NCBI RefSeq assembly: GCF_009914755.1
Contig: NC_060927.1
Origin: the human T2T-CHM13v2.0 reference genome, Homo sapiens
Direction: 5' to 3' (one strand)
DNA: 64,000 nt
Shown: positions 52,901 through 64,000 of the stretch, piece after piece
How positions within the stretch are numbered: the first letter of the stretch is position 1
How the letters are laid out: each line of letters begins with the position of its first letter
Notes under the pieces: model-generated
What the model was told of the DNA's origin: nothing
Database searches by the model: none
The model's input: the letters and a program-made list of their open reading frames with translations, nothing else
Made by a program: the position numbers and the translations under genes

Positions 52901-55900
52901 ATCATCCAGCTCCATGGCTGTTAATTTGACACACCCAAAATCCTATTTTCACAGGTAAAGAGAATTTCAAAGAGGTGAATATAATTTTCCCAAGGTCTTC
53001 GGTCATCGTGACTCCATAGCTCTATCAAAAACAGTGTTTGCCACCTTGGGTTATGGCCTTTACTTTGAGAAAATTTAAAATTCAGAAACTTTAATTTTAA
53101 GAACAGAGAGGTGATTATTCTCATTAGAAAGGACTTTGATGCACATTTTTATGCAAGAGGTGAATTCTTCTTTCAAATGTCTTTGAAATATGGGCAGATT
53201 TTTTAAACTTCCATCTACATCTAGCTTGTTAGGAACAAAGCAACTGTATAAAATCAGGCACAGCCCAAGCCATGTCCTGTCCTGTCAAGTGTCACAAGGG
53301 TACTTTCAACATTCCCAAGCCAAAAAATAAACCAATCAAAGATAACACACCAAGACTGGAAATAAATGAAAAACCCCAACAACAAACAAACAAAAAAAGT
53401 CAACCATTTCATAACGTGGTATCTTTTTAAAAAAACATATTCGTTTAAAAAAAGTTGTTAAATTAAAATGTTAAGATAACCATGCCTTATAATTTAATTT
53501 TGTTGTCTCTCAAAGCAGCATAACTATAGTGGTCTTTTGTGCCATTCATTTTCTGGGCTTTTCCATGCAAAAGTATGTTGCAGCTTTGTCCAGTGCCTTT
53601 TTCAAGCATCTTGTGACATTTCCATCCCCCTACCTAACAGGGTGGTCGGATTTCTTTGCTGTTAAGAGGATTACTGAGACGTTCCCCTTTATATAACTCA
53701 GAAGACTCCGTAAATAACAAGAAAGAGCAAACAAGAGATGTCAAGGAGAGAGGTTACAAGCAAGGGCTGCATTTCAGAGAAGCTGGCTAAGCAAAAAGAG
53801 GTCAAAGAACTTTCTTAATTGACACTGATAAAGCTGGGGATTGAGAAGCAGTGTCCTGGGCGCCATTTTCATGGGCAAGCAGAGGGGTTAGCTTACATTC
53901 ATCCATCAAGTGTTAAGCTTTAAACCCAAGAACTTCGGGTGAGTCAGGGCCAATGACCGGTAAAGGAATGAGACACCTTATCTCTAATCAACCCTGCCTC
54001 AAAATAGCTCTCTTCCTTTGGGCAGAGACTCCCAGCACACTATAGTTCAGGGAAGTGCCTGAGCCACACTTAGTCAGAAAGTCAATGAGTACGCTTTGTG
54101 TACAAAGTTAAGTTAGACCTCTCTGCGTGGAGCAAGGCATAATTTAACAACCCTCACTATGGCTTGCATCAAATCAAGATGTTCCAGCCAGGAAGGAACT
54201 TACAGTTTACCTGGACCAGCTCCTCATTTTACAGATGAATAAACTGAGACCCAGGGAGATGGATGATTTGCAAAAGAACACCAAGGGAGTCAGTGGCTGG
54301 GCTGAGGGCTGAAACCCTGCGCTAGAGCAGACATTCTCTTTCTCTTGGCAATTCTGCTATACTCATCTGAAAAATGAATGAAACACTCATGCCCCTGGTC
54401 AATTTTCCTTCCGTTGTTAAGGAAATCATTGCCAATGCTCCAATAGTTTCTAAGTCAACACATTCACAGGCAGTTTTTGTTAAACCCTTTCATTGTGAGT
54501 CTCCCAAACTTCCTCTTCTATCTTCATACTTCAGAGAGCTTTACTTTTGAGGTTCACTGTGTGGGCTGCCACTGTTGTTCCTTTCTCCACTGCTGGGAGA
54601 ATGTTACAAATGGGTAATTGAAGTACTTGGGGTGTTGCTCTTAGGATGGGGTCAGACAAAAATTGACACCAGCCTCATCAGCTGTTCACCCCTAACAAGG
54701 GTTGTGACTCACAGCTCAGGGACTGCTGTTTCAGAAATGATCTGTGACATGGCACAGCTCAAACATTCCTGCCTCGATGCTTCCTACACCGCCATTTGCA
54801 TACTGTGTCCCCTTTGTGCGTCCGCCACACAGTATGGGCTCTGTCCAGAGCTATCAGAGGCACATGAGGTCTAAATAGGAGTGGGGGAAAGCCTGGAGCT
54901 TGCAAAAGACTGCTGAAAACTGGGCAAAATAATAAGGATTTAGGACATGGACAGACAAAGTTCTGGAATGTGCTGTTAGAAAAATGCCTGGCCCTATCTA
55001 ACTTGAAGGAGTTTTGTGTCATGTTATTACTATCCAAGACTTTGTGTCAGAGACTGAAGAGAAATAAAGCACTAAGGGACAGGACATTCAATTTTGACAC
55101 CCCTTCGTTTCTCCATGATTGTCATTTCTTAAATGTTCCACTTATTTCCTCCATGAGTCAACTGGGCTGGACTTATTGCAGCTCTCAGGTGGAAACTGGT
55201 CCTAGTTGTTCTTCATGCATGAGATTTATCTCTTCTAGCTAGACTCCAAGTTACTCTATAAAAGTCTCAGGGCTTTATAATTCCCGCAAGGTTTCCTACT
55301 GAGGGCTGGACATACAGGAGGTGCTTAATAAGTGTTAAATAACCATGTCCTGCTTGGTCAGCATCACAGTTTTAAACTCACTTCATGCTAAAGTCAGGTC
55401 ATGCTATTCAGGTGCTCATTGCATTCATGAGAAGGCACAAGGGCAAAGAAGAATGATCGCCCGAGGTTTATACCCAGTGAATGACAGAGCCAAGCCTCAA
55501 TCCCAGGTCTTCTGAAATCAAATCCAGTTCTCACTAACTCTTCTGTCTATCATAGGATGGATAAAGAAAATAGGCTAAAGGCATTTAGGTTAAAGCTGGT
55601 GAAAAGTGAAATCGTTCATTGCTGGGGGTGGAGGGTGGGGCAGGTCTTAAAATTTTTAAAGGACAATTTAACTGTTATATCCTCAGCTTACTACATAAGT
55701 TACACAAAGACTTCCATACATTTATGTAATTGTAACAGTGTTTAACTTTTTTCTTGCAAGAGTTCCATCATAATCAATTGGTTTAGCAGAATAAAAATTG
55801 GTTTCTTTTTAGCTGAAGAACTAAAAATAGGAGGCAAATTAATATTCAGCAAATGAGATGAATCTCTATGAGGTATGGCTTTATTGTTCTGATGAACACC

Positions 55901-56280
55901 AACTCAATGTGGTGTTCGAAATGTCTCAGTAACACCCATATTCATGTTCAAAGATGATGTCACCAAGGAACATCCACAGGCATTCACTGAGTGCACAGCA
56001 CGGTTCTGGATGGCTTTCCAGAACCATCAGCTAGCTATAGGACCTTAGGTACATACTAAAGGACCCAACGTTTTTTTAACACCAACCATGTTCCAGAAAC
56101 CTTGAAAAACACTTTGCATGTTATTACATTTAACCCTTGTGACAACTTTATGATTTAAAATGAGGACCCTTAGCAGAGAGTAGTCATTAATTTACTCAAA
56201 ATGACATGGCCAATAAATGGCAAAGCTGGGAGCTGTATCAGATATTAGTGACTCCAAAGCCCATATTTTTCCCACTATAC

Positions 56281-56465
56281 CAGAGCTTCTCAATCCTAAT
56301 TCATATTAGTATCACCCAAGGAGCTTTCATATTGTAATGATGCCTGGGTCTCACCTCAGACCAATTACATCAGAATATCTGAGGATCTATCCTGGATGTT
56401 TTTTTCTGGATGTCTTTTCATCACCCTAAGTGATTATACTATGCAACCAGAGTTAACAACCACTG
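56281..56465. mobile_element. MER5-family hAT DNA transposon
   Basis: cagagcttctcaa...atcacccaaggagcttt...gatgcctgggtctcacctcagaccaattacatcagaatatctg...aaccactg. Confidence 0.75.
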
Positions 56466-56730
56466 AACTGGGTGTGCTGAGACTCAGTGCCTTCAACTGT
56501 AAAGTAGATGGAGATCTCTACTTTCTACTTCTGTAGTCACCAGAAGGCTAATTACCCTGGGGCCAATAGCTGCCTGAGAAGCCCCAATCTGCACCTAGAG
56601 TAAGCAGTTGTCACCCATACTGTCAGATATTCTCCCAACTTTCTACTTAAGTGTGGGCTATGAGTACAGCTGTTTAAACTTCCAGGAATGGGACTCTAAG
56701 ATATACAATTATTTCATATATTCATATATA

Positions 56731-57167
56731 TGTGAACCCCAAATATCTGAGACAGATCTCAGTTAATTTAGAAAGTTTATTTTGCCAAGGTTGAGGATGC
56801 ATGCCCATGACACAGCCTCAGGAGGTCCTGATGACATGTGTCCAAGTTGGTCAGAACACAGCTTGGTTTTATACATTTTAGGAAGACATGAGACGTCAAT
56901 CAATATATATAAGCTGTACATTGGTTCTGTCTGGAAAGGCGGCACAACTTGAAGCTGGGAGGGAGCTTCCAGGTCACAGATACTTGAGAGACAAACGGTT
57001 CATTCTTGTGAGTTTCTGATTAGCCTTTCCAAAGGAGGCAATCAGATATGCATTTATCTCAGTGAGCAGAGGGGTGACTTTGAATAGAATGGGAAGCAGG
57101 TTTGCCCTAAGCAGTTCCCAGCTTGATTATTCCCTTAGTGATTTGGGGGCCCGAAGATTTATTTTCC

Positions 57168-57174
<7 letters not shown>
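56731..57174 (-). mobile_element. MER4A1-like ERV1 solo LTR
   Basis: tgtgaaccccaaatatctgagacag...agtttattttgccaaggttgagga...tttgccctaagcagttcccagcttga...aagatttattttcctttca matches recalled antisense MER4A. TA repeats on both flanks. Confidence 0.9.

Positions 57175-57213
<39 letters not shown>
57173..57213. repeat. (TA)~15 followed by poly-T
   Basis: Directly visible. Confidence 0.95.
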
Positions 57214-57215
<2 letters not shown>

Positions 57216-57384
57216 ATCAGAACAAGGCCCTAAAACTCTAGAAAGATTCCCATGCCATTATTTTCTCTGTCTTTCTTTCCAGATATCAATCATAGCTATT
57301 TTGGTGAAATCCCTATTGCTCCAAACTATTTTAGTGCTGCCTCTCTGCCATCATGACAACAAAGGTCTTTTGAAAAATGTTCAT

Positions 57385-57745
57385 AACCTTTGACCCAGAA
57401 TTCTTTTAAGGAGGTAAACCAAAAGCAAGGAAAAAAAAGAACAAAAAAAGCTTTGGGAAGAAAGATGTTCACTGCAGTATTATTTATTATAGTGGAAAAC
57501 TGGAGAAAACTCTTATGTGTAACAGTAGAAAAACAATTTAATAAAATATGAGGTAGCTTACTAAATGGAAAAATGCTTATTGCAAATGGTTTTTACATAG
57601 AGAGTTAACATGGAAAAATATTAATATTAATTCATGTTAAAATGCTGAATGAATGCAGGTACAAAATTACATAGTGATCTATGAGTTACATTACATAGTG
57701 TCATATCAACTATGTACGTCTTTTTATACACAGAAAAAAGAAGAA
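57385..57745 (+). mobile_element. Old L1M fragment
   Basis: ctttgacccagaattc...aaagatgttcactgcagtattatttattatagtggaaaactgga. Confidence 0.6.
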
Positions 57746-57971
57746 AAAATTATATTATTCCAAGGTTAAAATACCTAAAATTTAGAATATTTAGAATTGG
57801 GTTAAAGTACCTGAAATTGTTTCCACTATCAACCCAATTCTATATGTTTGAAGAACAGCATGTGAAGGTGGTTATGGAGCAGGCCCTGTCCAGAGAAATT
57901 TTATATCCGGCCCTGGGACCTCTAGGCCTGTATACACAGATAGAGGACTTATAAACAGCAGAGTTGAAACA

Positions 57972-58411
57972 TGAGTGAATCTGAAAGAGCCAGTCCCTCA
58001 AGATGAATCCTGAGTGGCTACATAAATTTAATATAGAGCCAAACGGCCATTTACTGACTAGAGATTACACACTACTCTGAGTTCCTGGAAAACCCACAGT
58101 CGGCTTAACACTGGGGCTTTGACAGCTGACTGTTACCGCTCATGTGGCCTGAAGCAACGGAATAGGCTGTGCTCCCCATCAACCAATCAGGACTCAGCTG
58201 CATTGATCAATCAGAACCAAGCCAGTTTGAATTGTTCATTTGCATAAATGGACCTGATTGGGAACCCAGGTAGGAATTTTCTCTGTAAACGCCAAACTGT
58301 CTCTTTGTTCTCTTCATTTTACACTTAGGGCTATGTTTCCTCGTCTGTAAACTGTTCATTGTAATAAAGTCTGTTTCCTCTAAATTCCTTTTCAGAGAAC
58401 TTTTGTTCACA
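57972..58411 (+). mobile_element. ERV1 solo LTR (MER67-like)
   Basis: TG...CA termini. gaatctgaaagagccagtccctcaagatg, aaccaatcag CCAAT box plus a decayed copy, octamer atttgcat, aataaa near the 3' end, ends cagagaacttttgttcaca. Confidence 0.8.
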
Positions 58412-58719
58412 CATAAAACCACAGGTCACGTGATTTTTTTGTTTGTTTTTGGAATGGTATGCACAGATAAATTTAAAATTACAGTCAAGGGAGGGGTAGC
58501 TAAGACAGCCCAGTGACGATGATCAATTCTACGTCAGGAAGAAATCAAGAAGAAAATGGGGTTCACAAATGAGTTAGTAACAACCGAGATTTCCACTTTG
58601 AAAGTATCTTCACACCGTTATTTCACGGGATCCTCAAAACCCCCTGAGGTGGTAGGAAGGTGATTGTTGGTGTCAGTCCCATTTTGCAGAAGAGAAAAAT
58701 GAGTGTCAGGCAGAGTGGC

Positions 58720-59350
58720 TCGCTCGGTGCCCTGGCGGCGGCAGCGCGCCAAGGCCCAAGGCCCCTCTGGTCTCTGGGCTTAGACCTACGGCAGGAGGCG
58801 GGGGAAGCCTGCAGCGCAGCTCAGCAGCAGGTGGCAAGCCCTCTACCCGCTGGGAACGTTCAGGGTTATCAGCCCGTGGGAAGCAAGGTAGGACCCGCAG
58901 CTTGCAAGAATCTGCAAGGTGGGAACGGCGTTCGGGATGTGTTTGGCCCCCCAAGGCCAAGGCACGAAGGGGTCCCAGGCGGGTCGCCAGCGGCGCGGCT
59001 TACAATGGCCGGTTCGACCCAGAACGGTCGCCGCCGCAAGGCGGGTGAACTTTCCCGCCCTATGCGCCTGTTTCCGCGGGCCAGGCCGTCCGCCCGCGCC
59101 GCGTGGCCTGCCTAGCTGCACCTTAGCCCCCATGCGCCGGGTAGGCCCGGGCCCCGCCGCCGCGCTCTGAGCCCGCGTGGGTCTCACAACCATGGCCCTC
59201 TTATCTGCTCCTGTGCTTCGGTGTTTGGTTTTCCCTGTTTGACAGACTGAACCTTGTACTTTCGCAAATAACAAGTGTTTGCTCAGCAATCCAAGCAGCA
59301 CCGGCAAGATTGCAGGTGCTGCGGCGGGCATGAGAGGTCATGCATTCGGG
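58720..59350. promoter_or_regulatory. CpG island, promoter-like region
   Basis: About 50 CpGs in 58720-59220 by manual count. E2F-type tttcccgc 59051-59058, GC-box-like stretches, CTCF-like cagcaggtggca 58825-58836. Confidence 0.85.
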
Positions 59351-61337
59351 ATGCCAGGAGGTCCTGGAGTCAGGAGCCCTGCAGCCCCTTCAGGGATGCC
59401 AGTGGCTTGGGCTGAACCCCAGACTCTGCCCTCGAACTTGAAGGGAACTTGAAGCTTCTTTAGGCCAAGTTTTATTGAAGGGTGTCCTGGGACACAATTC
59501 AGTGACTAGTAAATTTTGGCCATCGGAAAGCTCTCTTTACCCTAAAGAAAGACGAATACACTTAATGACAATTATGATAATAATAAATTTAGAAAGGCAA
59601 TGGTAATTCTTTTTTTCCTAACTTGTCTCACTCTACTTCTTTTAAATTCAAAACAGGTCCCCTTTTTGCTGTTGTTAAAAAGGATTTTTTAACTTCTGAA
59701 ATTAAAGCAGAGTATTTCACTTTTGTTAAAAAATAGAACTTAATCCACAGTTGAGATTTTTGTTTTTCTAGACTTGAAAATCTGCTTGTAATTTGCACAA
59801 ATGCCTTTCACTTCAAAACCTTTTATCCAAATAGAAGCACAAAGTTGTACTTGCCTTTCCTTCCACAGAAGGCGTTTCCAGTATCTTGCATACACAACAA
59901 CTTGCTCAGGTTAAACATAGTTTCATTAAAGAGCTATTAAATGGTGCTCTTAAAGTTTATCTTTGCATTTTAAAAGGGGTATAGATGTTGCCAAAACAGC
60001 AAGGATAGCATGTAGGGTACTTTGCAGTTCTCTAAACTTTTTCCTCCCTGGAGTCACTGAAGTCCCTTCCTGGCTTAAGTCACTTTGGTACTCAATACAG
60101 TGTTTGTTTACATCATTTAGCATTATGCCCCTTAGCTTTACCCAGTGTCATTTTAAGAAATGATCGGGTGAAAAACAGCTTTAAATTATCTGTAAAATTG
60201 CCATAGATATTCATTATGTTGCTTCACATAAAAAATTCCTTGCAACTAATTTCCACTTGGACTTTAGTACTAGAATGAAGTTTGCCTATGTTTTCTTTTT
60301 TCAGTTAATGAAAGCTGTGGAATGCATGGGACTATTCTTTTTGCCTAGGAATCTCAGAACTTAATTTTGAGGATCCTCCTTAGCCTACATTTTCTGACAT
60401 AGTTCTTACCCTACATCTCCCTTTCCCCCAACCACCATCAGATATTTCTTTCTCTAAGTTATTCATCCCATCTTTGTTTTAAGGTACCTATATATTCTTT
60501 TATGATTCCCTTTAAAAAATCGCAGAAGTAGGAAGATATAAAAATTAGTTATTCTAGACTTCCTCAAAATGTTCTTTCAATCTGCTTTTAAATGGCATAT
60601 ACAATCATTCTCGGCTTTGGCATTTGGTTCAGGTGACACCTGCAAGTTACCTTACCAAAGGCCTACCCAGAATTGTGTACAATCCCAGCAAACAAGGCTC
60701 TGCCCCTCTCAAGAGTACTCTCAAACAGCAATGCATATCTCATCTAATGCATTACTATTTTGTGAGTCACTAACAAGCTTCAGTACTTTGTTTTATTAGT
60801 AACAACTGACTCACAGCACACCTTGTAGCTGTGGAAGCCCCATCTGATACCCAGACCCCTGATGCAATGCAGCTGCTCTGAGATATGCCGGGAAACCACA
60901 GCTCAGGAATCAGTTCTTATTTTCCTTCAAGTAGCAGCACAGATTTCCTTACTTTCAACTGTCATGAGCTGAACTCATTTTTCAACGAAGCCTAACATCT
61001 GTGCTTCCTTCCATCCAGCAGGAAAACTTTATTTCCCCAGAACTTATTTCTTCAGTCAAAGGTGTCTGCCAGTTCTCAAGAGAGCTGTACTTACAAAGAT
61101 GCCCAAGAAGCAACTGGGAAAAACTCTTTGGGGTTCTGAGGACCCTTAGAGGAAAAGCTGATGGAAAAGAGGAAGGGAGTGAATGTCTCCTGAACCCCGG
61201 CTCTGTGCTAGGCACTCCTTGGCAAATTTCTTTTAGCCTTACCAGCAGGCCTCTGATTTAGACACATTTATATGCATTTTCCCCATGAGAAAACAGGCTC
61301 AGAAGGGCTAAAGAGCTTGATCAAATTGCATCACTGT

Positions 61338-61676
61338 TGTCTTAGTCCATTTTGTCCTGCTATAACTGAATTCCAAAAACTAGGTAATTTATAAACAACA
61401 GAAATGTATTTCTCACAGTTCAGAAGGCTGGAAAGTTCAAGGTCATGGTGCTGGTAGGTTTGGTGTCCGGTAAAGGTTGTCTCCATTCATAGATGATGCC
61501 CTGGACACTGCATCCTCTGTAGGAGAGAAACACTGTTCTTCACATAGCAGAAGCATGAGGGAAGAGCTCTAATGACATGAACACCTCCCGTTAGGCCCCA
61601 CCTCCCAACACTGTTGCCTTGGGAATTAAGTTCCAACATGAGTTTTGGAGGGGACAAAAATGTTTAAACCATAGCA
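61338..61676 (-). mobile_element. MST (MSTC/D-like) MaLR solo LTR nested in a MIR
   Basis: tgtcttagtccattttgtcctgctataac...aggccccacctcccaacactgttgc...aaaccatagca, with TG...CA termini. Confidence 0.88.
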
Positions 61677-61829
61677 ACTTATTAAGTGGTGAATCCTGGA
61701 TAATAGCCCAGTTGGCTGGATGATGGGGCCCATTCAGTGTTCACTATAGAAACTGCCCAGAGAGAGTGAGGCTGTTAATATGCTCCCTCAGACTGGTTAC
61801 ACAGAGTACCCTATAGTTCAGGCCACGTG

Positions 61830-62010
61830 CAGGGACTCTGAGGCTGCAGGGCCTGGGTTCAAATTCCAGCTCTGTTACTTGTGCATGACCTTGGACAAGT
61901 TACTTAATTTCATGGGATGCCTGTTTCATCACCTTTAAGATGGGGATAGTTGTTTGGAGCAAATTATTTAATCCTGGCACAATATAAGTATTCAACAACT
62001 GTTAGCTATC
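61830..62010 (+). mobile_element. MIR
   Basis: cctgggttcaaattccagctctgttactt...tgaccttggacaagttacttaa...atggggata. Confidence 0.8.
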
Positions 62011-62129
62011 GTTATCCATTCATATCCCACTGTTATTTTATTGCAGGGTAAAAAAAATGATGCTTTCTTGCCCAAATGGTGGTGTTTTTATGTTGCCTAT
62101 CATTTGGAAATCATTCACTTGGAATGGTA

Positions 62130-62453
62130 GACCTGGTAGTGGGGTCATCTTTGGAATCACCTAGACAGTTTTTTAAAATACTGATGCTTGTGTCCTACTC
62201 CTAGAGATTCTGATTCAGTTGGTCTCCTAGGCATGTAGGAGAAGGAAATTTTTAAATGCTATGAAATGCTCTTAGTGGTTCCCAAAGTCTATCCCTGGAC
62301 CAGCAGGCTTAGTATCACCTAGGAGCTTGTTTGCTGGAAACACAAATTCCCAGGCCCCACCCCAGACCTAGTGAATCAGTTACTTTGGGAATACAGCCCA
62401 ACAAAATAAGCCCTCTGCATCATTTGATGTCCATGAAAGTCTGAAAACCATTG
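62130..62453. mobile_element. Two adjacent MER5-family fossils (MER5B-like, then MER5A-like at 62273-62453)
   Basis: ttggaatcacctag...tagagattctgattcagttggtct, and agtggttcccaaagt...ccctggaccagcag...caggccccacccagacctagtgaatcag. Confidence 0.75.
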
Positions 62454-63929
62454 CTCTAAGGGAAGGCAGTGCCCTGCAAGACTGCTTCATCCTAAACACA
62501 AGGCCCAAAGACTGATGCCAACCTACAGGGCTTATCTGTTCATTTACATGAGGCAATGTAGCTCTAGTATACTAGTCTCCCCTAGGGCCATAATATGCTG
62601 TGACTTTATCAGTGCATCCTCTCCTAGGCCCAAGGAAAGCCGGGTCCTCATCAGAAGTTTCTTTATTAAATGTTAAAAGATATCAGCTGTCCTTTGCCTT
62701 GGTTATGCTCCTTTTTCTCTGTTCCCACTATTCTGCCTATTTTCCCATAATCAACATAATCTTTCTCTGGTATTAATATACTTAAGGAGGTTTTAATTGA
62801 TTTTTCCAGGCTATAGAGACACTCTGCACCTTCTAGGTGACTTTGTGTAACTCTGTTCTGATCCCTAATGTGAGGCTGTGGCACTCTCAGAGGGAGGGGT
62901 ATTTCTTTTCCCCTCTTTCTTATAGAGGAACTCTCCATAGTGTCACATGCTTCAGCACCTGAGTCTTGCTCCTTGCTTCTGCTTCCTTATCCATCATTAT
63001 TTTCTTTTGAAAATAAAGAAATTTTGCATTAAACATTTGCCTTCCATGTTTATCCAAATTATGTGGAACTTTTGATCAGAAGATGCTTCCCTAAGCTTAC
63101 ACAATCTATCTTTCATCTGATTAAAGAGAAACACTATTGTAGCTCCTAGTGGAACAAATGCCATCTCTATGTCTATGCATTTTAACTTCTCACAGAAAAA
63201 ACACTGATGTTTTCCTCATTGGGTTGCATGTAACTACCCTCTAGGAAATCTAAACTAAAATTTTACAAATTCTTTTTATAATGTACTTATAAATAACTCC
63301 GCATCAGCTTTCAGCACTGAACAAGCAACAGAATCATCAAAACAAGGGCAAAAGAACAACAGCAGAGCATGAATGTGGGAGATGAAGCAGAAGAGAGATG
63401 ATGTAAGTGAGTTAGCAAGGAGGGAAGGTAGGTTCTGAAATCTAGGCTAAGGAGAAGCTATGCAGGCAAGTGTTACACTCAGTCTTGGTGATCAAGGCAA
63501 AAAGGGAAACACAACAAATTCCACTGCCCTATAGCAGGCTGTTAAGGGGGGCTTTTCCTATTGCTGCAGAGTTTCAGTTGATTCCTCAAAACCAAAAACA
63601 AGGGGTGTTATGTGCCCACTACACATTTTATGCAGGGTTGCTAGATCATCAACACTGACCTTGCTAAGCAGTGACCCTGAGCCCATCACCTACCTCAGGG
63701 GTGTGCAGCAGAGGGGAGGAGGTGAATGAGGAGGACTAGAGAGGGGGAATTTATTTCAAGAGAGTTGTCAGTATGCTGAGAACATGAATCATCCACTTCA
63801 AGTGAAGAGAGCCACTCAGAGAAGGTAGGATGTCTCCCAGGAGGAGAGACTGACAGCTTGCTTCCTGGCTGGATTTTTCAGAGCCCTAGAAATGGTTCAG
63901 CCTTAAGCCATCACAGGACTGAGACAGAA

Positions 63930-64000
63930 TGTGAGGAGAGCAAGGGCTGAAAAACAACCTATTGTGTACTATGTTCATTGCCTGGGTGACAGATTCATTC
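63930..64000 (+). mobile_element. L1PB/old L1PA 3'UTR fragment, runs off the right edge
   Basis: gcaagggctgaaaaacaacctattgtgtactatgttcattgcctgggtgacagattcattc. Confidence 0.75.

Noticed and set aside
57260-57420. Acceptor-like tract (ttctttccAG 57282) with weak donor GAG|GTAAAC; similar isolated acceptors near 3778, 22544 and 52693
   Set aside because: Isolated splice-like signals are common, and no consistent exon chain or reading frame could be built.
58970-59035. Pol III B-box-like ggttcgaccc, possible tRNA
   Set aside because: No T-stem pairing, no convincing A-box, no cloverleaf, and no oligo-T terminator.
58660-59331. 151-aa and 162-aa ORFs across CpG island 2
   Set aside because: Same compositional artefact, with no recognisable protein similarity.

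Overview
This is primate (human-like) genomic DNA, intergenic or deep-intronic. I can support no protein-coding exon, tRNA, rRNA or CRISPR array, and I cannot name the locus. The ORF track is explained by Alu, L1 and LTR relics, simple repeats and GC-rich sequence. Much of the window is decayed interspersed repeat: about a dozen Alu/FLAM/FRAM copies, L1PA/L1PB/L1M fragments, many L2 and MIR relics, MaLR, ERVL and ERV1 solo LTRs, and MER20/MER5/MER46/Charlie DNA-transposon fossils. Repeat subfamily names come from recalled consensus sequences, not from a run of RepeatMasker or Dfam, and boundaries of old elements are approximate. The unique sequence holds two CpG islands (about 27.2-27.9 kb and 58.7-59.35 kb) with no recognisable coding exon, plus several enhancer-like motif clusters. 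The clearest cluster is STAT/ETS/NF-kB/AP-1 at about 38.1-38.7 kb. I found no convincing new biological system. The best leads are the two CpG islands, a back-to-back ERV1 LTR pair next to the second island, a perfect 74-bp palindrome inside an L1, a ~480-bp purine tract grown from an Alu tail, and a 1.4-kb TG...CA element nested in an MLT1K LTR.
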